NCBI GenBank assembly: GCA_036149055.1
Contig: JAYZQJ010000145.1
Span: 1 to 26,023 of the forward strand
Length of the DNA: 26,023 nt
Source of the DNA: Myxococcota bacterium
Lineage (GTDB): Bacteria > Myxococcota_A > Polyangia > Polyangiales > Sandaracinaceae
Reading direction: 5' to 3'
This document shows, piece after piece, positions 7,336-15,001 of this stretch. Below the pieces are notes generated by a model. That model searched no databases. It worked only from the letters and a program-made list of their open reading frames with translations, and had not been told where the DNA came from. The translations under genes and the position numbers were made by a program. How positions within the stretch are numbered: the stretch's first letter is position 1; the number at the start of each line of letters is the position of its first letter.

Positions 7336-8013
7336 ATGTGGATCCTCGTCGTGGGCTCGCCGCACGTGGTCGAGCGGGAGCAAGGTGGGGCCCAGGTGCT
7401 CGGTGAGCTGGGCTGTCGCGTCCGGAAGGCCGATCTCTGGGACCGGTTGGACGCGCCCGAGATCGTCGAAGACCCTCCCACCGCGGTGGTGGTCGAGGCG
7501 ATCGACGAGGTCGACGCCGGACGCGCGGCCCTGATGCGCCTCCGCGGGATCAGCGCGCTGGTGGACGTGCCGGTGCTGCTGGCGGTGACCGTGAACGCCA
7601 TCCAGTCCATCAAGCCGTCGGACGCCTTCGACGACGTGGTGCTCGTGCCCTACGTCCCGGTCGAGCTCTACGTGCGCATCCGCCGCGCCGAGTGGGGCCG
7701 GAGCGAGTTCGAGAGCCAGGAGCGGATCAAGGTCGGGCGCGTCCTGATCGACGTCGCCGCCCACGAGGTGGAGGTCGACGGCCGGCCGGCGCAGCTCACG
7801 CAGCAGGAGTTCGCGCTCCTCCGCTTCCTCGCGAGCAACCGCGGGCGCGTGTTCTCGCGGCAGCAGCTGCTCGAGCGGGTCTGGGGCGTCAGCTACTACG
7901 GCGGCAGCCGGACGGTCGACATCCACGTGCGCCGCCTCCGCATGAAGCTCGGCAAGGACGCGGTGCCGATCGAGACGGTCCGCGGCGTCGGCTACAAGAT
8001 GAAGGCCCCGTGA
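7336..8013 (+). CDS. OmpR/PhoB-family winged-helix response regulator with atypical (pseudo) receiver domain, GlnR-like
   Basis: C-terminal LTQQEFALLRFL...VFSRQQLLERVWG...GGSRTVDIHVRRLRMKLG...ETVRGVGYK; receiver-like N-terminus lacks the canonical residues. Confidence 0.9.
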   Translation: MWILVVGSPHVVEREQGGAQVLGELGCRVRKADLWDRLDAPEIVEDPPTAVVVEAIDEVDAGRAALMRLRGISALVDVPVLLAVTVNAIQSIKPSDAFDDVVLVPYVPVELYVRIRRAEWGRSEFESQERIKVGRVLIDVAAHEVEVDGRPAQLTQQEFALLRFLASNRGRVFSRQQLLERVWGVSYYGGSRTVDIHVRRLRMKLGKDAVPIETVRGVGYKMKAP

Positions 8014-8930
8014 GCGAGGGGGCCGCGCATGGGCCGCTCCTCGTCCCGACCGGCGACCCGGCGGGCGTCGGCCCGGAGATCAGCCTGAGCGCGACGCGAA
8101 GCTGCGGCTGGCCCTGCCGGCTGTTCGGAGACGCGCGCCGGCTCCCCGCGGACGACGTCGTGGACACCGGCGAGGTGGCCGAGGCGATCGTGCGCGCCGC
8201 GGCGCCGACCGCCGAGGGAGGTCGCGCCCAGCTCGCCGCGCTCGACGCCGCCATCCAGCAGGCGCTCGCCGGCGACGGCCGGGCGATCGTCACCGCGCCG
8301 ACGAGCAAGGCCGCCATCGAGATGGGCGGCGTGCCGTTCACCGGGCAGACCGAGCACCTCGCGCGCGCCGCCGGCCTCGCCGCCGACGAGGTGACGATGA
8401 TGTTCCTCGGCCCGCGCCTGAAGGTGGCGCTGGCGACCACGCACCTCGCCCTGCGGGAGGTGCCAGACGCGATCACCGTGCCCCGGGTGGAGCGCGCGAC
8501 CCGACACCTCGCGGAGGCGCTCGGGCGCCTCGGGATCGCGCGGCCCTCGATCGTGGTCGGCGCGCTCAACCCGCACGCGGGGGAGGGCGGCCTCTTCGGC
8601 ACCGAGGACCGGGACGTGATCGCGGCCGCGGTGGAGCGCGCGAGCGCGGCGTGCGACGCGGAGATCGTCGGCCCCGTGGGCGCCGAGACCGCCTTCCGTC
8701 GGGCCAGCGCGGGCGAGGTGGACGGCGTCGTCGCGATGTTCCACGACCAGGCCACCATCGCCTCGAAGCTGCTCGACTGGGGCGAGGCGGTGAACGTGAC
8801 CTGGGGGCTGCCCTTCGTCCGGACGAGCGTCGATCACGGCGTCGCCTACGACGCGGTCGGGCGCGCCGATCCGGCCGGCATGGAGGCCGCGCTCCGCATG
8901 GCGCTGGCGTTGACCGAGGGCGCGGGATGA
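8010..8930 (+). CDS. pdxA: 4-hydroxythreonine-4-phosphate dehydrogenase PdxA
   Basis: GDPAGVGPEI, TAPTSK, ATTHLAL, LNPHAGEGG, MFHDQ, VNVTWGLPFVRTSVDHG; GTG overlaps the regulator stop (GTGA). Confidence 0.9.
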   Translation: MSEGAAHGPLLVPTGDPAGVGPEISLSATRSCGWPCRLFGDARRLPADDVVDTGEVAEAIVRAAAPTAEGGRAQLAALDAAIQQALAGDGRAIVTAPTSKAAIEMGGVPFTGQTEHLARAAGLAADEVTMMFLGPRLKVALATTHLALREVPDAITVPRVERATRHLAEALGRLGIARPSIVVGALNPHAGEGGLFGTEDRDVIAAAVERASAACDAEIVGPVGAETAFRRASAGEVDGVVAMFHDQATIASKLLDWGEAVNVTWGLPFVRTSVDHGVAYDAVGRADPAGMEAALRMALALTEGAG

Positions 8931-11713
8931 CCGACCTCGTGGTGCGCGGGGCGCGGCAGCACAACCTGCGCGCGGTGAGCGTCTCGGTGCCCCGGGATCG
9001 GCTGACGGTCGTCACGGGCCCCAGCGGCTCCGGCAAGTCGTCGCTCGCGTTCGACACCATCTACGCCGAGGGGCAGCGCCGCTACGTCGAGTCGCTGAGC
9101 GCCTACGCGCGCCAGTTCCTCGACCAGATGCCGAAGCCCGACGTGGAGCTCATCGAGGGGCTCTCGCCGGCCATCGCCATCCGGCAGCAGAGCGCGAGCA
9201 AGAACCCGCGCAGCACCGTCGGCACCGTCACCGAGATCTACGACCACCTGCGGCTGCTCTACGCCCGAGCCGGGCAGGCGCACTGTCCGGTGTGCGGGCG
9301 GCCCATCGAGGCCTACACCATCGCCCGCATGGTCGACCGGGTCCTCGCGCTCGGCGAGGGCGCCAAGCTCACCGTGCAGGCGCCGATCGCGTCGCCGGAG
9401 GGAGGCGACTGGAGCCGCGAGCTCGACCGGCTCCGCAAGGACGGCTTCGTGCGGGTCAGCCTCGACGGCGAGGTCCGGGACCTCGGCGAGGACCTGACGC
9501 CCGACCCCGACGTCCCGCACACCCTCGAGGTCCAGGTCGACCGGATCTCGATCCGGAGCGGCGTGCGGGCCCGGCTGAGCGAGTCGCTCGAGCTCGCCGC
9601 CTCGCTCGGCGAGGGGCGGGTGCGGGTCGTCGTGCGGGGCGGGGACGAGCTGCTGATGAGCGAGCGGCTCGCCTGTCCCGACCACGGCCCGGTCCTCGCC
9701 GCGCTCACGCCGCAGACCTTCTCGTTCAACAGCGTCGAGGGCGCCTGCCCCACCTGCCACGGCCTCGGGGAGGAGCGGGTGTTCGACCCGGCGCGGGTGG
9801 TGCCGGACCCCGACAAGTCCATCGCGGAGGGCGCGCTCGCCCCGTGGGGCAAGCCCAAGGCGCCCTATCACCGGGCGATGACCCGGCAGCTGACCGCGCA
9901 GCTGAAGGTCGATCTCGACAAGCCCTGGAAGAAGCTGAGCAAGGGGCTGCGCTCGAAGATCCTCGACGGCGCCAAGGAGTGGAAGGGCGTGCTCGCCCTG
10001 CTCGAGCAGCGCGCCCAGGACTACGCGCAGCGCAAGCGCGAGTCCGGCGCGGACCCCGAGGGCGCGATCGAGTTCCTCGAGGAGGAGCTCGGGCGCTTCG
10101 TCGAGCGCCGCGTGTGCTCCGAGTGCGGCGGCGCGCGGCTCCGGAAGGAGGCGCTCGCGGTCACGGTGGGCGGCGAGAACATCCGCGCCGTCACCTCGAT
10201 GAGCGTGGCCGACGCGCGCGGCTTCTTCGACGGCCTCGAGCTCGAGGGGCAGCGCGCGGAGATCGCCGACCGGCTGGTGCGCGAGGTGCGCGCCCGGCTC
10301 GGCTTCCTCGTCGACGTCGGCCTCGGCTACCTCAGCCTGGAGCGGAAGGCGGCGACGCTCAGCGGCGGCGAGGCCCAGCGCATCCGGCTCGCGACCCAGA
10401 TCGGCGCGTCGCTGGTGGGCGTGCTCTACGTGCTCGACGAGCCGTCGATCGGCTTGCACCCGCGGGACAACGCGCGCCTCATCCAGACCCTGATCCGGCT
10501 GCGCGACGCCGGGAACACCGTGCTGGTGGTCGAGCACGACGTGGACACCCTGCGCGCCGCCGACCACGTGATCGACATGGGGCCGGGCGCGGGGCGGCTG
10601 GGCGGCGAGGTGGTCGCCGAGGGCACGCCCGACGAGATCGCCGCGAGCGAGGCGTCGGCCACCGGGCGCTACCTGCGCGGCGAGATGGCGCCCACCCCGA
10701 CCGAGCGCCGTCGCCCCGCGGGCTGGCTGACCTTGAGCGACGTGCGCACGCACAACCTCCGCGAGGTCACCGCGCGCTTCCCGCTCGGCGTGCTCTGCGC
10801 GGTCACCGGCGTGAGCGGCTCCGGCAAGTCCTCGCTGGTGGTCGACACCTTGCTCCCGCTGCTGCGCGAGGCGCTGCACGACGCGAAGGTCGATCCGGTC
10901 GAGGCGACGATCGAGGGGCTCGACCGGATCGACAAGGTCATCGCGATCGACCAGGCGCCGATCGGCCGCACCCCGCGCAGCAACCCGGCCACTTACTCGG
11001 GGGTGTTCGGCCCGATCCGCGAGCTCTTCGCCTCGCTCCCCGACGCGCGCGCCCGGGGCTGGAGCGCCGGGCGCTTCAGCTTCAACGTCAAGGGCGGCCG
11101 CTGCGAGGCGTGCGCGGGGGACGGCGTGCTGCGGGTCTCGATGAGCTTCCTGCCGGACGTCTTCGTCACGTGCGAACAGTGCGGCGGCTCTCGCTACGAC
11201 CGGGAGACGCTCGAGGTGCGCTACCGCGGCCACACCATCGCCGACGTGCTCGCGATGACGGTCGACGAGGCGCTCGACCTGCTCGAGGTGATCCCCAAGA
11301 TCCGCGACAAGCTCAAGGCCTTGGTCGACGTGGGCCTCGGCTACGTGCACCTCGGCCAGTCGGCGACGACGCTCAGCGGCGGCGAGGCGCAGCGGCTGAA
11401 GCTCGCCAAGGAGCTGGCCCGCAAGGCGACCGGCAGCACTCTCTACGTGCTCGACGAGCCGACGACGGGCCTGCACTTCTCCGACGTGGAGGTGCTCCTG
11501 GCCGCGCTCGAGGACCTCGTCGCCCAGGGCAACAGCGTGCTGGTGATCGAGCACGACCTCGACGTCATCCGCCGGGCCGACCACGTGATCGACGTCGGCC
11601 CCGAGGGGGGAGACGGAGGCGGCGACATCGTGGTGGCGGGGACGCCGGAGGAGCTGGCCGCCTGCGCCGCGTCTCACACCGGGCGGCACCTGAAGCCTCT
11701 GCTGGAGCGCTGA
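8927..11713 (+). CDS. uvrA: Excinuclease ABC subunit A
   Basis: RGARQHNL, GPSGSGKSSLAFDTIYAEGQRRYVESLSAYARQFL, two LSGGEAQR and two LDEP motifs, second Walker A GVSGSGKS, Zn-finger Cys pairs; ATGA overlap with pdxA stop. Confidence 0.98.
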   Translation: MTDLVVRGARQHNLRAVSVSVPRDRLTVVTGPSGSGKSSLAFDTIYAEGQRRYVESLSAYARQFLDQMPKPDVELIEGLSPAIAIRQQSASKNPRSTVGTVTEIYDHLRLLYARAGQAHCPVCGRPIEAYTIARMVDRVLALGEGAKLTVQAPIASPEGGDWSRELDRLRKDGFVRVSLDGEVRDLGEDLTPDPDVPHTLEVQVDRISIRSGVRARLSESLELAASLGEGRVRVVVRGGDELLMSERLACPDHGPVLAALTPQTFSFNSVEGACPTCHGLGEERVFDPARVVPDPDKSIAEGALAPWGKPKAPYHRAMTRQLTAQLKVDLDKPWKKLSKGLRSKILDGAKEWKGVLALLEQRAQDYAQRKRESGADPEGAIEFLEEELGRFVERRVCSECGGARLRKEALAVTVGGENIRAVTSMSVADARGFFDGLELEGQRAEIADRLVREVRARLGFLVDVGLGYLSLERKAATLSGGEAQRIRLATQIGASLVGVLYVLDEPSIGLHPRDNARLIQTLIRLRDAGNTVLVVEHDVDTLRAADHVIDMGPGAGRLGGEVVAEGTPDEIAASEASATGRYLRGEMAPTPTERRRPAGWLTLSDVRTHNLREVTARFPLGVLCAVTGVSGSGKSSLVVDTLLPLLREALHDAKVDPVEATIEGLDRIDKVIAIDQAPIGRTPRSNPATYSGVFGPIRELFASLPDARARGWSAGRFSFNVKGGRCEACAGDGVLRVSMSFLPDVFVTCEQCGGSRYDRETLEVRYRGHTIADVLAMTVDEALDLLEVIPKIRDKLKALVDVGLGYVHLGQSATTLSGGEAQRLKLAKELARKATGSTLYVLDEPTTGLHFSDVEVLLAALEDLVAQGNSVLVIEHDLDVIRRADHVIDVGPEGGDGGGDIVVAGTPEELAACAASHTGRHLKPLLER

Positions 11714-11716
11714 CGA

Positions 11717-11769
11717 GAACGCTCGGGACTCGTCCTCGAACGCTCGGGACTCGTCTTCGAACGCTCGGG
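11717..11769. repeat. 21-bp tandem repeat x2.5 (GAACGCTCGGGACTCGTCYTC)
   Basis: Units start at 11717, 11738 and 11759, immediately after the uvrA stop. Confidence 0.9.
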
Positions 11770-11783
11770 GGCTTCGTGTCTTC

Positions 11784-11831
11784 GGGCGGGCAGGGGCACG
11801 GGCAGGGGCACGGGCACGGGGGTGGGCGGGG
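11784..11831. repeat. G-rich GGGCAG/GGGCAC hexamer run
   Basis: gggcgggcaggggcacgggcaggggcacgggcacgggggtgggcgggg. Confidence 0.75.
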
Positions 11832-11877
11832 CGTTCGTGTGATTGACGAACTGGGGCTCCGGTCCGATACCGCGGGT

Positions 11878-13032
11878 ATGGAGTCGGAGCTCTCTCGACG
11901 TCGGGCCCTGGGCTTGCTGGCGGCTGGCGGGGCCGGGATCGCGCTGGGGTGCAACGCGGACCGGCCGGCGACGCGGCTCTCTCCGGGGCGGGGCAGGCCG
12001 CCCGCGGACACGACCGGGGCCGACGCGGTGACGCGCATCGAGCCGCTCACGACCCCGTGGCAGACCCAGGACCCGTTCCTGTTCTGCATGCACCACGACG
12101 ACGACTACCCGATGGGGGACGCGCGCATGGGGCCGGCGGCGTCGCTGGCCGGGCACCGGATGGGCTCGGACTTCGACGAGCGGCTCGACTGGCGCATGTA
12201 CCACGGCGACGTCGTGCCGGGCTTCCCGCGGCACCCGCACCGCGGGTTCGAGACCATCACCGTGGTGCGGCGCGGGCTGCTCGATCACTCCGACTCGCTC
12301 GGGGCCACCGCGCGGTACGGGCGCGGCGACGTGCAGTGGCTCACCGCGGGCGGCGGGATCCAGCACGCCGAGATGTTCCCCCTGCTGCGGCAGGACCGGG
12401 ACAACCCGCTCGAGCTGTTCCAGATCTGGCTGAACCTGCCCGCGACCCACAAGATGGTCGAGCCCCACTTCGCGATGCTCTGGCAGCCGACGATCCCGGA
12501 GCGGGTCAGCCGCGACGGCGAGGGGCGAGAGACCCGGGTGACCGTGGTCGCGGGGCGCCTCGGCGACGTCGGCGCGCCGCCCCCGCCGCCGCGCTCGTGG
12601 GCGTCGGCCGCCGACCACCACGTCGGGGTGTGGACCGTCGCCATGGAGGCCGGCGCGCGCTTCACCCTGCCGGCCGCGCCCGACGGCGTGCGGCGCGCGC
12701 TCTACTTCTTCCTCGGCGACGCGCTCCGGGTCGGCGGGCGCGACGTGCCGGCCCGGCATCACGTGGCGGTGCGCGGCGAGAGCGACCTCGCGCTCGAGGC
12801 CGGCGACACCCCGGTGGAGCTCGTCGTGCTGCAGGGCCGGCCGATCGGCGAGCCGGTCGCGCGCCACGGCCCGTTCGTGATGAACAGCGACCAGGAGATC
12901 CGGCAGGCCTACGCCGACTACCGGCGCACCCAGTTCGGCGGCTGGCCCTGGCCGAGCCCGGAGCCGGTCCACCCCCGAGGCCACGAGCGGTTCGCGCTGC
13001 GCCCGGGCGGCGAGCTCGAGACGCCGGCCTGA
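11878..13032 (+). CDS. Pirin-family (bicupin) protein with N-terminal twin-arginine/lipoprotein signal
   Basis: GFPRHPHRGFETIT, DHSDSLG, GDVQWLTAGGGIQHAE, GPFVMN; N-terminus MESELSRRRALGLLAAGGAGIALGC. Real part of track ORF 9292..13032. Confidence 0.88.
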   Translation: MESELSRRRALGLLAAGGAGIALGCNADRPATRLSPGRGRPPADTTGADAVTRIEPLTTPWQTQDPFLFCMHHDDDYPMGDARMGPAASLAGHRMGSDFDERLDWRMYHGDVVPGFPRHPHRGFETITVVRRGLLDHSDSLGATARYGRGDVQWLTAGGGIQHAEMFPLLRQDRDNPLELFQIWLNLPATHKMVEPHFAMLWQPTIPERVSRDGEGRETRVTVVAGRLGDVGAPPPPPRSWASAADHHVGVWTVAMEAGARFTLPAAPDGVRRALYFFLGDALRVGGRDVPARHHVAVRGESDLALEAGDTPVELVVLQGRPIGEPVARHGPFVMNSDQEIRQAYADYRRTQFGGWPWPSPEPVHPRGHERFALRPGGELETPA

Positions 13033-13036
13033 GCCG

Positions 13037-14650
13037 TCACTTCAGCTCGCGCTTGAGGACCTTGCCGGTGGGGTTCTTGGGGAGCGCGTCGAGCACCCGG
13101 ATCTCGCGCGGCACCTTGGGGCCCGCGAGGTGCCGCTTGCTCCAGGCGATGAAGTCGGCCTCGTCGAAGGGAAGGGCGCGGGGCACCACGCAGGCGCGGA
13201 CGCGCTCCCCCCATTCGTCATCGGGCACGCCGACCACCGCGACCTCCGCGACCGCCGGGTGGCGATGCAGGACCTCCTCCACCTCGGCCGGGTACACGTT
13301 GACGCCGCCGCTGATGATCATGTCGCGCTTGCGCCCGTCGATGTGGAAGAGCCCGCGCTCGTCGACGTGGGCGAGGTCGCCGACCGAGAAGAAGCCGTCC
13401 CGCATCGACGCCGCCGTCGCCGCCTCGTCGCGGTGATAGCCGGCGACCAGCATCGAGTTCTTGATGAACAGCTCGCCGGTCTCTCCCGGCGGGACCTCTC
13501 GGCCGCGCTCGTCGAGGAGGCGCGCCTCGTTGCCGGGGACGAGGTGACCGATCGTGCCCGGTGAGCGCAGCAGCTCGTCCGGGGTCGCGAGCGTGTTCAG
13601 GCCGGTCTCGGTCGAGCCGTAGAAGTTGTAGAGGACGTGGCCGAGCTCGCCGATCACGCGCTCGGCCAGGGCGCCCGAGAGCGGCGCGCCTCCCGAGAAG
13701 ATCGCCCGCAGGCTCCGGGTGTCGTAGCGGCGGCGGCGCGCGGCGGGCAGCTCGAGCAGGCGGTGCAGCATCGTCGGCACCAGCGCCGTCGTCGTGATGC
13801 GCTCGCGCTCCACCGTGGCGAGGAAGCGCTCCGGGTCGAAGCCGCGCTCGATCACCACCGTGCCGCCGAGCGTCATCGTGAAGCCGATGAACCCGAACGC
13901 GGTCGAGTGGTACATCGGGCACACCGCGAGGTGGCGATCGTCGACGCGCACCGGCAGCTCGTCGAACACGTGGAGCATCGCCCACACCATGTCCTTCGGG
14001 AACGTGCGCACCGCGCCCTTCGGCTTGCCGGTCGTGCCGCTCGTGTAGATGACGACCGCGCCCTCCTCGCCGTCGCGTCGAGGCCCGTCGGGCGCGTCCC
14101 GCAGCACCGCCTCGTAGGCGGCGGCGCCCGTCGGCGCGTCGCCGAGCACGAGGATCCGGTCGGCCGGCACGTCGAGATCGCGCGCGCGGTCCAGCAGCTC
14201 CGCCTCCACGAAGAGCACCCGGGCGCCGGAGTGGGACGCCAGATAGGCGAGCTCGTCGGCGGTGGAGCGCCAGCTGACGCTCACCGCCGAGCCGCCGAGC
14301 CGGGCGAGGGCGCCCTGGACCTCGAGGACCTCGGGGCGGTTCTGGAGCACGATCAGGCCCGCGTCTCCGGGGCCGATCCCGCGCGCCGCGAGCCCGGCCG
14401 CGAGCCGGTCGACGCGCTCGTCCAGCTCTCGCCACGTGCGGGTCCGGCCCTCGAACACCAGGGCCGGCGCGTCCCCGCGACCGGCGGCGTGGACCCGGAA
14501 GAGGGCGGGCAGCCCGAGCGGGCCGGCGAGCCGAACCCGCGCCAGCTCGATCACCGTCGCGGCGCGCGCGTCGAACGCGACCCCGCTCCGGAGCGCCACT
14601 CGCGCTGCGGCGCGCGCCCGATCGATCCAACCGTCCCGCGTCCCACCCAT
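13037..14650 (-). CDS. AMP-forming acyl-CoA synthetase (ANL adenylate-forming family)
   Basis: YTSGTTGKPKG, YGSTETG, SVGDL, GRKRDMIISGGVNVYPAEVE, LPKNPTGKVLK; GGAG before the ATG. Confidence 0.95.
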   Translation of the reverse strand: MGGTRDGWIDRARAAARVALRSGVAFDARAATVIELARVRLAGPLGLPALFRVHAAGRGDAPALVFEGRTRTWRELDERVDRLAAGLAARGIGPGDAGLIVLQNRPEVLEVQGALARLGGSAVSVSWRSTADELAYLASHSGARVLFVEAELLDRARDLDVPADRILVLGDAPTGAAAYEAVLRDAPDGPRRDGEEGAVVIYTSGTTGKPKGAVRTFPKDMVWAMLHVFDELPVRVDDRHLAVCPMYHSTAFGFIGFTMTLGGTVVIERGFDPERFLATVERERITTTALVPTMLHRLLELPAARRRRYDTRSLRAIFSGGAPLSGALAERVIGELGHVLYNFYGSTETGLNTLATPDELLRSPGTIGHLVPGNEARLLDERGREVPPGETGELFIKNSMLVAGYHRDEAATAASMRDGFFSVGDLAHVDERGLFHIDGRKRDMIISGGVNVYPAEVEEVLHRHPAVAEVAVVGVPDDEWGERVRACVVPRALPFDEADFIAWSKRHLAGPKVPREIRVLDALPKNPTGKVLKRELK

Positions 14651-14707
14651 GCTCGCTCCACCGTCGCTGCGATGTGGCTAAAACAATTCGCTCACGGGCC
14701 GTTTTTG

Positions 14708-14737
14708 TTGACCCGGCGCGAGGGGCTTCCGTACTCT
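14708..14737 (+). promoter_or_regulatory. Sigma70-type promoter for small membrane protein gene
   Basis: TTGACC (14708-14713), 18-nt spacer, TACTCT (14732-14737), preceded by an A/T-rich tract. Confidence 0.5.
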
Positions 14738-14769
14738 CGCCCCCGGCTCGCATCAAGGGAGGCGACTGC

Positions 14770-14985
14770 ATGTGGGAAGACATGAGCCCCGCCGTCAAGG
14801 GCGTGGTGGTGGTTGGCGGACTCCTGGTCCTCTATCTGATCGTGGCGCGCTTCGCGGAGCTGACGCCCTTCTCCTGTCAAGACGGCGCGCACTGTGAAGG
14901 CGTCCTCTGCGGTGAGTGTGTCGTCGAGGACACGCAGCGCGGGTTCTCCGCCGAAGGTGCGGTCGGGGCCGAAGCCGCCGAGTGA
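14770..14985 (+). CDS. Small (71 aa) single-TM protein with four-Cys motif
   Basis: AAGGGAGG 7 nt before ATG 14770; MWEDMSPAVKGVVVVGGLLVLYLIVARF then CQDGAHCEGVLCGEC. Confidence 0.7.
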   Translation: MWEDMSPAVKGVVVVGGLLVLYLIVARFAELTPFSCQDGAHCEGVLCGECVVEDTQRGFSAEGAVGAEAAE

Positions 14986-14993
14986 CACTCGGC
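14977..14993. terminator. Short perfect hairpin between convergent genes, possible terminator
   Basis: GCCGAGT-gac-ACTCGGC spanning the stop at 14985; no U-tract. Confidence 0.25.
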
Positions 14994-15001
14994 TGAGCTC
15001 C

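Noticed and set aside
8846..11689. 947-aa antisense ORF and many similar long overlapping ORFs in the track
   Set aside because: Typical antisense and alternate-frame shadows of GC-rich genes; no domain motifs.
9292..11877. 1246-aa ORF suggesting a giant pirin fusion
   Set aside because: Off-frame overlap of uvrA caused by stop-codon scarcity at high GC; the pirin starts at 11878.
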